Shown here piece after piece: positions 51,001 through 63,295 of a stretch of DNA of 64,000 nt. The notes under the pieces were generated by a model. The model was not told the DNA's origin, ran no database searches, and saw only the letters and a program-made list of their open reading frames with translations. The first letter of the stretch is position 1. The number at the start of each line of letters is the position of its first letter. The DNA is taken from contig JAQGDQ010000078.1 of NCBI GenBank assembly GCA_030141605.1, positions 310,001 through 374,000 of the forward strand. The letters run 5' to 3'. Made by a program: the position numbers and the translations under genes. This DNA is from Tubiluchus corallicola. Taxonomy: Eukaryota > Animalia > Priapulida.

Positions 51001-54000
51001 ACTAACAATTTCAACTTTTAACAAAGACATGACTGTATTGAAACAAATATCATCCCACTTGAGTCAATGGTTGGCAATTTATTGTACACCTGACACAAAA
51101 AATATTTTCCCAGGATTCAATTTACAGTGAAATGTTCTGTCATTAAATACCTTCTGTAAAGGCAAAACTGGTCCCAAAACAGCTTGCTTCTTTTGCCTAT
51201 TTTGAGCTGTTACTCTTTTTGTCAATCCTGCAAAACCAAATTTGTTACGTTAGCAAAAGTTAACATTCAAAAAATACACTCAATTATCAATTACATATAG
51301 TGTAACACCAATAACCACATACAAAATGCACTTAAATTATCTGCAAGGCTGGTTCATAAGTGTTCTTTAAATAAAGAACAAAAACAGAACTGCATCACCT
51401 ACAACCAAAAACCGATAAATGATAAATATGTTGCAAGTTTTTTTGTGAAAAATTGATTGCATTCGTAATTATAACTACCACTAACAAAAAGCAATTTGTG
51501 TTTTTTAAATAAAAAATATGCAAGTGAAAATTGAAATTGTAACATTTCCAACTGGTAGTGCCATGTAATTTTGTTTTGAAAGGCATCACATTTTGCATTT
51601 TGTAGCAACAAATTTTACACATTTCCATGTTCTAATTCTTACTCTTTGAGAATACTCCCTTGTGTTATTGCCACAACAAAGATGATTTCATTACCTTTAT
51701 AATGCACATTCTGAGGCTGGTTTTCAATTTCATCAAAATTATGACCATCGGGTGTTCCAGTTTTGGTCTTTTTTCTTTGCTTCCATTTGTTGGTAAGAAA
51801 ATTAGTTTTATCAACTAAATGTGCATTGCTGCTGTTCAAGAACTTGGTTAATTTGATCTTTCTCCTAGGGCTAGTAACTGGAGATATTGATTGGTTTATA
51901 TGTACAATACTTCCATTGGCAGAGAAGTGCTTTTGTCTGTGCCACTGCAGCATCTGCAAACTTGAATCATCCTGCTTTTCTGGTGTTGAATGATTTCCAT
52001 CGTTATGCACTTCGGCCGAGACAGTAATGACATTAGCCTCAGCATTGGGTGTTTTACTCAAATTCTCAAATGAAATTGGAGCAATATCCAATTTTATATT
52101 TTGCTCTGTATGAGAAAATGGCGTGCTTGTCATAAAACCACAAGCCTTAGTTGAACTGAATTTCTTCTCTACCGAACGCAAAGGACACCCGCCTGCTGCC
52201 AAATCTTCTCCAATTTTCAACATACATGCAAATACTGTATCTTTCACTGTGCATGTATTCGGAGAAACATGTTCCAGAGATTGAGTAGCCATGTTTTCAA
52301 TGATTTCTTGCATTGCATTTTCAGCATTTCTTACAACTTCCTTACTATCTACCAAACTAAATTTATCCGAAGCAATGTGGTCACATGTTTCTGAAACTAG
52401 AGGTGAAATTTTTTTTTTCACGAACACACAATTTCTCATCTCACTATCTGTATTAGAAATACACTTAGCATTGGTATCATCAGAAGCAGCATCACTTTCG
52501 TCCTCACCCAATTTTGTTGTTGCACTACTAATATCTTCTTCACTCATCTTTGTTGCACCACCAGTGCCTTCCTCGCCCATCCTTGTTGCACCATCAGCAC
52601 CTTCCTCACCCATCTTTGTTGCAGCATCAGTACCTTCCTCACTCATCTCTGTTGCAGCATCAGCACCTTCCTCACCCATCTTTGTTGCAGCATCAGTACC
52701 CTCCTCACCCATCTTTGTTGCACCATCAGTACCTTCCTCATCCATCTTTGTTGCAGCATCAGCACCTTCCTCACCCATCTTTGTTGCAGCATCAGTACCT
52801 TCCTCACTCATCTCTGTTGCAGCATCAGCACCTTCCTCACCCATCTTTGTTGCAGCATCAGTACCCTCCTCACCCATCTTTGTTGCACCATCAGTACCTT
52901 CCTCATCCATCTTTGTTGCAGCATCAGCACCTTCCTCACCCATCTTTGTTGCAGCATCAGTACCTTCCTCACTCATCTCTGTTGCAGCATCAGCACCTTC
53001 CTCACCCATCTTTGTTGCAGCATCAGTACCCTCCTCACCCATCTTTGTTGCAGTATCAGTACCTTCCTCATCCATCTTTGTTGCAGCATCAGCACCTTCC
53101 TTACCCATCTTTGTTGCGGCATCAGTACCTTTCTCACCCATCTCTGCTGCAGTATTAATATCTTCCTCAAGCAACATTATGGCAGTATCAGTACCTTCTT
53201 CACTTGCCATTATTATAACGCTTTCTGAAGGACTGAAGTTTGATACACCTATTTCTGATTCAGACATTTCTCTAACATTTTGAGTTTGTGGTATAGGTTC
53301 TAGCTTTTCATCCATCTCAGAATTAACTGCATCATCACTTAAATTTCCACCTTTTGCTTCATCTGTATGTTGTGAGCTAAGGCTGGCTGTCGGTGAACCA
53401 ATGTGCTGTGTATCATTAGAATAAGAATCTTTCTGAGACGAATCTTCATCTTCCTCTTTTGCACGTACCGTGGAAAGGTAGTATTCGTAAGTTTCGGGCT
53501 CCACACACAATTCAACATTATCACAGTCAGAATCCTGTGATTCATTAAACTGACCACCTCCATTTTCAGTTCTGTTTTGGGCTTCTTCATGAGCACATTT
53601 TGCTATTAACAATGATCTTTGCTCACGACATGATCTAGAGTAAGTCAACGGAGATTTCAACTTCAATGCTTGCTGAGACAACAGCTCTGTATCGGTGTTA
53701 TCATCGACTGCTTTAATATTATCGTACTCCTTCATTTGTGTACTGTCGTCAATTTCTTTTATTTCATCGTCTGACAAGTCAAACAATGCTGGAACACTTT
53801 CACCCATAGGCTTACTCTGTTTTCTCCACGTTTGAGCCTTACTTTCTTTTTCTATACCACTACATAGCTCATCATTTTTCTTATCTGACACTGAAATTTT
53901 CTGGTCTAATTTCCCATTTAGATCATATAAAGAATTCATGCTACTAACTGCTAAGTTCTGTTGACAAGCCTCTAATATCACTGCTTGTGCTATTTTTGGG

Positions 54001-57000
54001 GACTTCAAATGTTCTAGTTGCCGCTCCTTAATTGATTTGATGCAAGTTCCTTTATTGTCCTTAAATTCCTCATTTGAATTTGAATCAAGAGAAGCACAGA
54101 TATATAAATTTTGACTAGAATCTTTACCAATACTGTCTTTACTTACAGAGACTTTTACCAAATCTTTAGAATCACTTTCAACAGGTTGCTGCGAATCCAT
54201 AAACCTTTTCTCTTTTAAGTGAATTGCTTGATCAACAAATCCACTTCTTTCTAAAAAATCAGTATCTTTTAACACAGTTTTTTCCCTTTTACTATGGGCA
54301 GAATTTGTACCACTCTGTGAGTTTGCATTTTCTTCTGGTTTTACATCATTTAAGCTCCTCAGGCATGCCAATCTAGCCGATTGTCTAAGAGGAACACACT
54401 TTTTTTGTTTGCGGCCCTTCTTTCCTTTACATGCACCACTAGCGTCACTGGTCTGATTAGTTGGCACAATGCTCCTATAAAAAACAAAACAACAAACTTA
54501 CTAAAGTTTACTTACTGAAGCAAAAATTTTTTTATATTTCTTATAAACATGCAGCTCATTCCGATTGTTAATTTGGGGTTTTGTTTATCGAGGAGCTACT
54601 GGCAATGGTACAACCACGATTTTGCAGTTTGCATTAAACTAGGAAGCTCCCACTTAATAATTGAATCTATTATCTGCAATAATGCAAAATTAATGTCTAG
54701 CAAATTTAAAATGGTTGTTTCTGTTCATACAAATCTGCAGGTAGTGGTTATTTTTCTCTCCATAAAGTACAGAAATCTACACTGCACATTGCGCAAAGCA
54801 ATTAATGTGTATATACTTGGATTTTTCTTGTCCCTTTCCTCATCCCTCTAGAAAGTTTTGCATAAAGTGGTTTTTGCATAATTTGGTTAACTAACTGACA
54901 AACCAACGGTGACGAAAACATAGCCGCCTTGGTGGAGATAATTATTTGAGTAAATGCCACCAAAACAGTGTTAAAGTCAAATACATGAACACCAGCTATA
55001 GCGTCAGAAGAAATTTCCTTTTTAAGCTACACTCCAGTGGTGGTTACTGATTGGGGCAACATTACTATTTCTTACAGGAACTCAATCCACCAATCATCAT
55101 TTTTTATCATCATTTAAGAAAATCGGCAAATTTTACTCGCGAAACTGCTCAACACACTCTACAGATAATGTGTTCTAGCACATTATCCAATCTTGTGTAC
55201 ATTATTTAAAAATCAGCGACAAGTCTGTAACATCATCTAACCGATGTGTTAGATAATATTATTTTCTTCCGAAGCAAACCTACATATGACTAGACAAAAA
55301 AACATAAATTACAAAATCAGCTAGCAATGTTTAAAACGTGTCTGTCTTGTCTTTCAGTATTAAAACACTAGAAAACTCTTCACTTACATAAAGCTTCAAA
55401 AACTCGTCTTGAAATTTTACATCATGCCTTTTTGCATATACAGGGCTTGCATCGACAGTAACGGTGTATAAAACTTGTAAATTTAAACTCCCGTGATGAC
55501 CCTTAGACGCAGCCATTTTGATGATAAGTCATTTGAAACGATTTTAGATAACACTGAGTAAAGTTCGAAAAAATGACGAGAGTATCCCTAGCGCACATGT
55601 CACTAACTAAGTAAAATTTTAAATTAGTGTATCTTGTCAATAAGATCAAAAATATGTTTTCGGTTAGTGAGTGGTGCACCCTGGAGGTAAGTCAACAACA
55701 TTTCACCAATTAGTGAAAACATTTTAAATAATTAATAATTTTCTTTTCTAGTTACATACGTCTTTCAAACATGTAAGCGAAATGCTAAGTAATATAACTT
55801 TGCATGGACAGTTTTTTGGGACATAATTTAACACTTGCTTTTCTTACCCTGATTTACGTTTTATGTACATGACGTCACATAATGGAGCGGTCAGAACCGT
55901 ATTCCAGGAGATTTAAAATGAAAACAACAAAAAATCCTTTAAAGCAATATTGTTTTTTAGGTGATTTTTCTAAAACCTACTTCAGATACCCTTTTTCTTG
56001 TCCTTTAAAACATCACCTGATAGGTTTAGTCAGTTCTGTTTTTTTATCTTCAGTTTGATCACCAATCTGTGGGTTGAATCTTATTTCGTAAGTATCTTCT
56101 GAGAGCTGAGTACCATTTGCATATGATTGAACAACATCATATTCTGCAATAAACATACAATATTTGACATGACATCTATTTAACAAGACCGTAAGTAACG
56201 GCTAACATATAAACTAGTCTACAGAATTTATAAATGCATTAGTCTTAAATTAGGTTAAAAAATGGTAAGCTTAGCACTTTCTTTATATTGCACAAAGTTC
56301 TAATTGCACATAACAATTTTTTGAGACAATTTATCTACAAAAGGAAAATGAACAAATACATAATTGTTGCTAAAATTCTTCAACCAATAAAGAATTAGCA
56401 GGTGGGTAATGCTTGCTTAAGGCATGCCCTACATCTTCAACATCTTTTTTACATCTGTTAATGTGAATGGCAAACATCGTAACAAACTAACTAAAAAGGC
56501 CCGAAAAATGTTTGCGACAATAATTAATAAACGACAAAGAAAGATTTTTTGCCATAATCAAAGTACAGAATGAACGGCTGAAATGGAAAGGAATACTGAA
56601 TGGGTGTCCTTTCAAAGGAAAGGACAGGTCATTTAACATGTTGGGTTTATTTTACTGTTATCACTTAAACTTAAAAAATGTAGCAAAGAAATTTTCAAGC
56701 GCAGTGGTAGCCGCTATTCATTTGAAAATTACGACATAACTGGCGGACTTCGTGGCTTTTCATAAGCACATAGTGACTGTCCGTAAACGCACTGCTGAAA
56801 CTAATCCAAACGTCTGCAGCTCATCTATTGCTTAAGTAGAAATATCTCAAAATTATCTATCTGATACTGGAAGAATGGGAGTGCCTAAGCATGGAAATAT
56901 TACAACTTCAAAGTGATTTTACTAATTAATTACAGAAGGCTCTTATAACATTTTATTATTAAATCTTTCTAACATTCTTTGCAAACATTTAGATAAACCT

Positions 57001-57977
57001 AATTTCCAGGAATGCTTGGCCTTTCCTTTAACGAGTAAGTCTACAAGTGACAAGAGGTCATGGTGACGTCACTTTTTTAGTGAGGCAGAAAAATGTCATG
57101 AAGTGCAAAGTAAGATGCTTTCACATAAGTGATTTTGAAAATTGTACTGTTAACACTTGCTCAATTACAAATACTACAGCATTTATTCCGGATGGGACAT
57201 GCTATGTCATCGTCTTCCGCGATTTTTCGCCAACTATCAAACCAATCAATGTCAATCATTGATGTACAGAACGTAATTTACATGTGCTATTTTGGAAAAA
57301 ATGCAAAAGCAAACACCATAAATTAGATTTGAAACTGTTTATGTATCATTTGAAATCGAGTATCAGGTTAAATGTTTTTGTTACTAAGCAACTTAATCTG
57401 ACAAAACTAACAATGCATTGGAAAATAACTGTATTTTTCTACCCGATAAAACTGGAGAGGAACAAGGAAGGTGTTGAACTACAGTGCCTTCCTGAATCAC
57501 ATCTCTGTAAGACATCCGCATACTCCCAGGATCAACACTGCAAACAGTACTTGGAGAAATTCCACTTGGTGAATATACTGATGATGGCTTAGCAACCATA
57601 CTCGCTTGTTTTCTATAACATTCATAAAGCCTGTTTATGCTACAAGATTTCATGTTCAGTATTTCAAAAAGAAACCAAAAGGTAAACATTCTTTATACTA
57701 ACACTTTACCTGCAGCATGTGTACAGATATTTCTGATGAAAACGAATTCTCACCCTTGTCCATTATTTCTTTTTGCATTTGGTTTCTTTTCACAAGCATA
57801 CAACATCTTCTCACTTTCCGAAAGCTTAAGCCACATATCTTGCATTTTGTGACGTATCTGCGGTGCAGTGAGAAACGGATACAGTCTCTTCACATCATGC
57901 TGGTGTTGCAACGCGTATCGCTTGAAACTGCCGGCAGCTTTCCCTCTTGGTTTTCTAATTCGACTTGTTGGTGGCAT
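48067..57977 (-). CDS. Uncharacterised ~1256-aa protein: N-terminal HMG box, long acidic/disordered region with 11-aa repeats
   Basis: Eight phase-consistent GT-AG exons: 57977-57754, 57630-57443, 56143-56017, 54474-51695, 51227-51151, 50603-50361, 49231-49155, 48121-48067 (3771 nt, no internal stop). Exon 1 fits an HMG box (KPR....F..Y......VK..YP......I......W..LS..EK..Y). An acceptor lies just upstream of the ATG. Ends ...AESEWDSLFC*. Confidence 0.75.
49423..49496 (-). pseudogene. Degenerate tRNA-like sequence (Thr-TGT-like loop; pseudogene or SINE head)
   Basis: 74 nt with A-box-like TAGTCTTGTGG, loop CTTGTAA and B-box GGTTCATATCC. Stems are mismatched, so it is not a functional tRNA. 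Confidence 0.45.
52485..53205 (-). repeat. Coding 33-bp minisatellite (unit ~MGEEGTDAATK), ~20 copies, with a 5-unit (165-bp) higher-order period
   Basis: Seen directly in the DNA and in the 942-aa ORF. The series MDEEGTD/MGEEGTD/MGEEGAD..E/MSEEGTD/MGEEGAD occurs three times, with degenerate units at both edges. Confidence 0.95.
54867..54942 (-). mobile_element. 5' fragment of a Helentron-associated (HINE/DINE-like) element
   Basis: Minus strand ATTATCTCCACCAAGGCGGCTATGTTTTCGTCACCGTTGGTTTGTCAGTTAGTTAACC resembles, from recall, the TTACCTCCGCCAAGGAGGTTATGTTTT + microsatellite head of such elements. Confidence 0.45.
56616..57027 (+). mobile_element. Kolobok-type MITE (412 bp), internal-deletion relative of 58179-61422
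   Basis: AGGAAAGGACA...TGGCCTTTCCT; flanks TCAA/TTAA. The left ~200 nt and right ~120 nt match the long element. Confidence 0.8.
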
Positions 57978-58178
57978 TCTGCAATCACATCATATTATAA
58001 TCAAGTTATTAACATTGCCAATCTCAATATATGATTTACTTCTGTGTCACTTTAAAGTTAAGTACCACTGGAGGTGCAAAAGTTTTCAGACCTTCCAACT
58101 AAGTAAACTGCTTTCACGTGCTTACTGTATGATTTACATCACACTATCAGCAACAACAATTTAATAGCAAAACATTAA

Positions 58179-61100
58179 AGGAAAGGACAAGTCACTTGGC
58201 ATGTTAGGTTTATTATATTGTTATCACTTAAACCTAGAAAAACATAACAAAGAATTGTGCATGACACCTGTCTATAAAGTATAAAGTCAATTTATACTGC
58301 TGCTGCATAAAATTCTTCAGGGGCAGTGGTAGCCGCCACTCACTTGAAAATTATGACGCAAGTGGTGAATTTTCGTAGGCACATCGTGGCTTTCCATTAG
58401 CATGGGCTGCTTAAAGTAATACAAACGTCTCGCTGCTTAAGAACGCGTCTGCAAGAAGACAATGCAAAATCGAAAAATTCCGGCACAAGGTTAGGTAAAC
58501 CGATTCAGACCAAAGTTCGGGTATGAGGTCCACTAGTCACTAGTATTCACTATGTGAATCCGCTTGGCCCAACTCCTCATAGTAGCAGAGGTACGGCATA
58601 GGCCCACTTTCACGAAAAAATACCTGTTTTTCTCTATTTTTACTCATATTTGAAGGAGTAGCCATGCAGCAACCACTGAGTTTGAATAGACCTAACTCTG
58701 CACAGTAGTGGATCTTGTTATCTTCTCCAAAATGACTTTTCGACTTTTGTCCCAAACCCACCTCTTTCGGCTCTACTGGGGGTCTTTAAGCTCGCATTAC
58801 GCACAAGATGCAATTACTCAGTCATTTCAAAGTTTTATATCTCACCCACTGCGGGGGTGGGGACAAACATATCGATATGTATGTGAATAGAGCATCCCAT
58901 CCCACTATGCTGCAGTGACAATTTCGATGGAGCGAATTTCCACCCTATTGTAAATGACCCCTGAAAGAGGCATATATCAGGGTGAAAATATAGGTAACAA
59001 CGTTCATCAAAAAGCTTTGTGTAGGTAAACATGAGTTGTCAAATCTTGTCAAAATACTTCAAAACGTCATAAATATTCATCTTTGGCAACTAGGGGCCTG
59101 GCCAGCACATTGGTTAAACTACCGACAGGACTGGACTCTAGCATTCAAGATGGCGGCCACTGCTGAACTAAAATGTTCGTTTTCTGGGCTGTTTACCAGC
59201 GTCAAATGCGGTATTCTGACTAGTTATCCGCACGAAACGAATATTGTGAATCTATTAGCCTGTACTAAAGACACTGGACCGCATCCATCTTCAAAAAAAT
59301 GAAATATCTACGGAATGGAAATTGCTTCTTGCAAGGAATGGAAAATGTTTTATGCATTGTTTATTTTCTATGCTTTGTAAATGTTATGTACAGGTTATTG
59401 CCTAGTTATTACTCATTGTCTTACATAGGCGTACAAGCCAGGACACAAAGAAAATTGCCCTAAATCTGAGCGAATGCCCAAAAAATATGGGACAGACTTC
59501 CCCCAAAATATCATTTGTCCGGTGATTTTTTGACTGTAAAACATCGAAAATTTTTGTGCCATTGGCGCATTCATTCAATCACACTATTAGTATTTTTTGT
59601 CAGAAGTGTCGATTTTGTGCCACAAATAAATTTTGGGAGAAGAAAAATTTTCTGAGCTAAATATCACCGCCATCCCCCTGGCCTATACGCTTATATTGTC
59701 TCATGTTTAGACTGTAAGATTTTCGCTTTATCACTTTCCCCATGATATATTTGTCTATATTTCTGTATCTATCTTCTACCTGCATCGATAATTCTTTCTC
59801 TATTATTTAGATATTATGGTTTTGATTACTTGTACTACTGTTCAGTGATAGGATTATGCTGCTACAATAGGAACAGTATTTTGGACTTAGAGAAATTAAT
59901 TCTGAATAAGTTTTGTAGTTTTCCATTTTTGTACTAATATTCATAATCTTCTATGTATAGCCATGAAGCTTATACGTATAAAAAGTATAAAAAATGAACG
60001 GATTTCTATTTTATATGTATATACCGAATGTTGTCAGATTCTTTTGCTAGCAATGACTCTCACAACAATCGGTACTTGTTTTCTAATACAGGGCTTATTG
60101 TTTAGTCTTTCCTGGTATCCATTAGCGATTTAGTGTGCAGAGAATGCCCTGAATCAGGGTCGGACTCGGTACTAGGGGCATGCATGATGTCCTGTCCTGA
60201 AATCCATGAGAAGAGGCAATTATTCATATTTGTAGTCATATGAAAATTCCGACATAACTAAACCAATTTTAGATGAAATTCGCAAATTTCTAGCAATTTC
60301 TATGGCAAAGGAATCTATTGCTACTAGGAAATGAGAGCACTAGTCACAGAAAATGCAGGTTAAACGTGGCTAAATGTCTACTGTCATATACGACCTGAGC
60401 CAAGTATGTCTACTTTTTACACATGGACGGAATTACTATGGAAAGTAAAAAAGTGTGTTGATATGGCAGTTTTTTCTAACAGTGCCCCCATTATATAATG
60501 TCATTCATGATATTATCTCAGCTCGTGCGTTTCATGAAATTTAGAATACAGATTTGTCACTTATAATCCAGCATATAGATAGAAAAAATATTGAAAAACT
60601 ACAAAAAAGGCGAATTTTGCTGATTTTTGTGAAATTTTAAAGTGCCAATACTAAATACTGAAACAGGCTCCAGCGAATTTTCTTTTTTATATTATTAGTA
60701 AGGATGATGGTTAACACACATGAAAACCAGAAGTTCTGCAGCCCCGCAGTGGGCGAGTTATGAGCCTTACAACTTAACCTCTCCCTAGACTCTTAACACA
60801 GAGCCGAATTTGAAAAATCCCGTTCTCTGATACTATTAATAGTATGTCAGAAAACGTTAGGATATCAGAAGACAATGTATGGGTCTATGTACCAGCCAAC
60901 TTACATAGACCCATCTATAATAGTTTATACAAGAGAAAAAGTTAAAATAACCCCCCAAAATAGCGATTTTCGCCTCTTTTGAGGTCAATTTCTTGATGTG
61001 GCCATTTCTCTGCTAATAGTAGCTCGATCGATTTGATATCTTGGTTACATGGTTTTGGGGGGTCGCCCTTCATGTCAGAAAAAAATGATATAAATTCGTC

Positions 61101-61422
61101 ACCCCTTATGTGCCACCACATGCATGGTGCTCTCGCGGACTCGTTCTTAACTGTACACGCAAAAATATCACAAAATTAGCTATCTAATTTTTCGTAAAAA
61201 TTTATTATGCTTAAAACTGAAGTTGACATGTGCTACAAGTGATGTCATTGGTGGAAGAATGGGCATTCAAAATGGAATCACTGAAGCATGTAATGATTGC
61301 AACTTTAAAGGGAATTTACTAATTATACCAGGCACTTATCACACTTTTTTTACTAAATCCTAACATTTTTCGCACTGAAATACTGAAATAAGCCTAACTT
61401 CCCAGAAGTGTTGGCCTTTCCT
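58179..61422 (+). mobile_element. Kolobok-type DNA transposon (3.2 kb, non-autonomous/decayed)
   Basis: TTAA at 58175-58178 and 61423-61426; TIR AGGAAAGGACAA / TTGGCCTTTCCT (11/12 match). RR termini with a TTAA TSD fit Kolobok rather than piggyBac (CCY termini). No intact transposase ORF. Confidence 0.75.
59424..59695. mobile_element. hAT-type MITE nested in the Kolobok element
   Basis: TIR CATAGGCGTACAAGCCAGG / CCTGGCCTATACGCTTATA; 8-bp TSD TTGTCTTA/TTGTCTCA. Confidence 0.75.
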
Positions 61423-62629
61423 TTAAGCTGTGGAATAACATTCTTAGTTTACCTTAATCGCTATTAATGATTTCTTCTTCAAAAACGTTCATCAAACTTC
61501 TTTAAATAATGCCAACTCAATCAAATAGCCCGAAGGTAAATGGTATTCATGAGCTATCTGTCAGTTATCTAAAAATAAATCAACAAACATTAGTGATGCA
61601 ATTACTAATTAACATTTTTATTATTTATACAGTAATTTCGTACCCTACTTTATTTTAAGTAAAATTTATGACAGATGTTTTTTAAACTAGCATCCATCTA
61701 ATAATTATACATGAAAACAGCGAGCAATGTTCCGGTTCCAACTAGCATCAATAATCTAAAGTACCTAGACCTTCGATAAATATGCTTATTATTATTAAGA
61801 ACATGTAGTATAATCAAAGTCAGACCACTAAATTCAGGCTGCTAGCTCGAAGATTTTGTACTGTAAAGCCACATACTAGTCATGGACGATTAATAGATTA
61901 ATCGAGATTACAGCCATATATAAATTGATATAATCGGCGATTGACCAGTAATTCATTTACTTGAGAGCAAAATAAGTGTTACACAAGTTACACAAAAGAC
62001 AGTGTTTTAGCACAAATAAACAAAATCCTTACATTTTGGTTCATTTTTCTCTGCAAAAGATTAACTGTGATATGAAATTACAAGAACAAGATTATAGTTG
62101 AACCACAAAATTTTTAAAATCACCTATCACTACAGTATGTACTGACCGCACCTAACTGTAGTCACTAATCGCTAAGCACACCATGACTTGCTGCTCAGCT
62201 ATTACTCTTCCTTATACAAAAAATGAGGATTTGTGCTACGAAGACTATGTTGCTGAGAACTGCTTATAAAGTTGTAACTGAGTGAAAACCGAAGGACTCC
62301 TACTGGTGGACAACATTGAACCAGTACTAGAAGCCAGTAAATGATTATCCTATCCCTATTATTATTATTTTACATTAATGAGTTTGTAATCCATAATTAT
62401 TCACTAGGGATTTTAACAAGTTTGATACTGATCCCTCTATTACGAATTCTCCAGGAATAAATCAGTGTAAATGTTGAGCGCTGTCAAGAAATGCAGACAG
62501 CCTGTAGGCAAAGGCAGTTTTAGAAAATATTCCAAATTTGAGAAAATCTACAGGAACATTAAAGCATGTCACTGTCTTCCAACTCAAGTCGAAAAGTAGA
62601 CTGGCTGGAAGTCTGTTGCAATTGTGCCT

Positions 62630-63295
62630 ATGATAATGCTTGGCTGTGCTTTTAGGATTGTCGGATTTTTTTTATCAAGAGTGAAAGTTATGATACCATG
62701 CATGACGAATTTGCAAGATAGATGATAGGATATATAAAACATAAGGATGTAAGGGAGCGGCTATGAGAAAAGAGGTCCTTTGAAGAGAGAGAGGCAAAAG
62801 CAAGTTTAAAGATTTGAATCTATATAATAGAATTATTTTTTTGGATAATGACAGACTGCTTAAAAGAGTAATATCCTTTGCAATGCCTATCAAGATAAGG
62901 ATAAGTGGGTTAGAAAAATAACCTTTTTAGCAAATAAATTTAATTTAGAAGTTTTTGGAAACATTTTGTTCCTAGGAGAAATTTCATATGATGGGTTGAA
63001 GAAAATAACTGACATAAATCTTAGTGAAAAGGTAGGAGACAAACCAACTAATTGAACAAGAGATGAGGGGAAAAGATTTACAACTGTGGCAGAACAAACT
63101 TGAAGCATGTTCCAGGGCTAGCCTAATAGATATTTGAAAAACAAACCACAACCCCCGGTTGAAAGCTGGATGAACGATGTGCATAATACAGAGCTGCAGA
63201 TAATAAATGAGAGCTGGTACATTAGAAATCAATGGGAATCCTTTATTTAGAAGTAGGAAGCCATTTAACTTCGTAGCAGATTCTGTTCATAAATA
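62630..63295 (+). mobile_element. Decayed LINE 3' remnant
   Basis: A-rich sense strand with broken EEREAKA.L....NRII.LDNDRLLKRV, similar in style to the 3' part of the 10040-13590 element. Ends at AATAAA ~63292. Confidence 0.45.

Noticed and set aside
52485-53205. Regular ~33-bp periodicity suggestive of a CRISPR array
   Set aside because: Units are contiguous with no unique spacers, lie in a eukaryotic exon, and there are no cas genes.
52291-53283. 330-aa and 202-aa (His/Gln-rich) plus-strand ORFs and the 65-aa alternative-frame ORF
   Set aside because: Shadows of the 33-bp coding repeat, which lacks stops in several frames. Only the minus-strand frame extends beyond the repeat and has matching splice sites.
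55331-55516. 61-aa ORF with CAAAATGGCTGCG start and an internal GTAAGT donor
   Set aside because: The flanking exons (56017 to 54474) join in phase without it and I recognise no domain. It could be a TE remnant or an alternative first exon, but neither is supportable.
57709-57753. Alternative donor CAG|GTAAAG extending the HMG exon
   Set aside because: An in-frame TGA at 57752-57750 precedes it. The GTGAGA donor at 57753 gives the correct phase.
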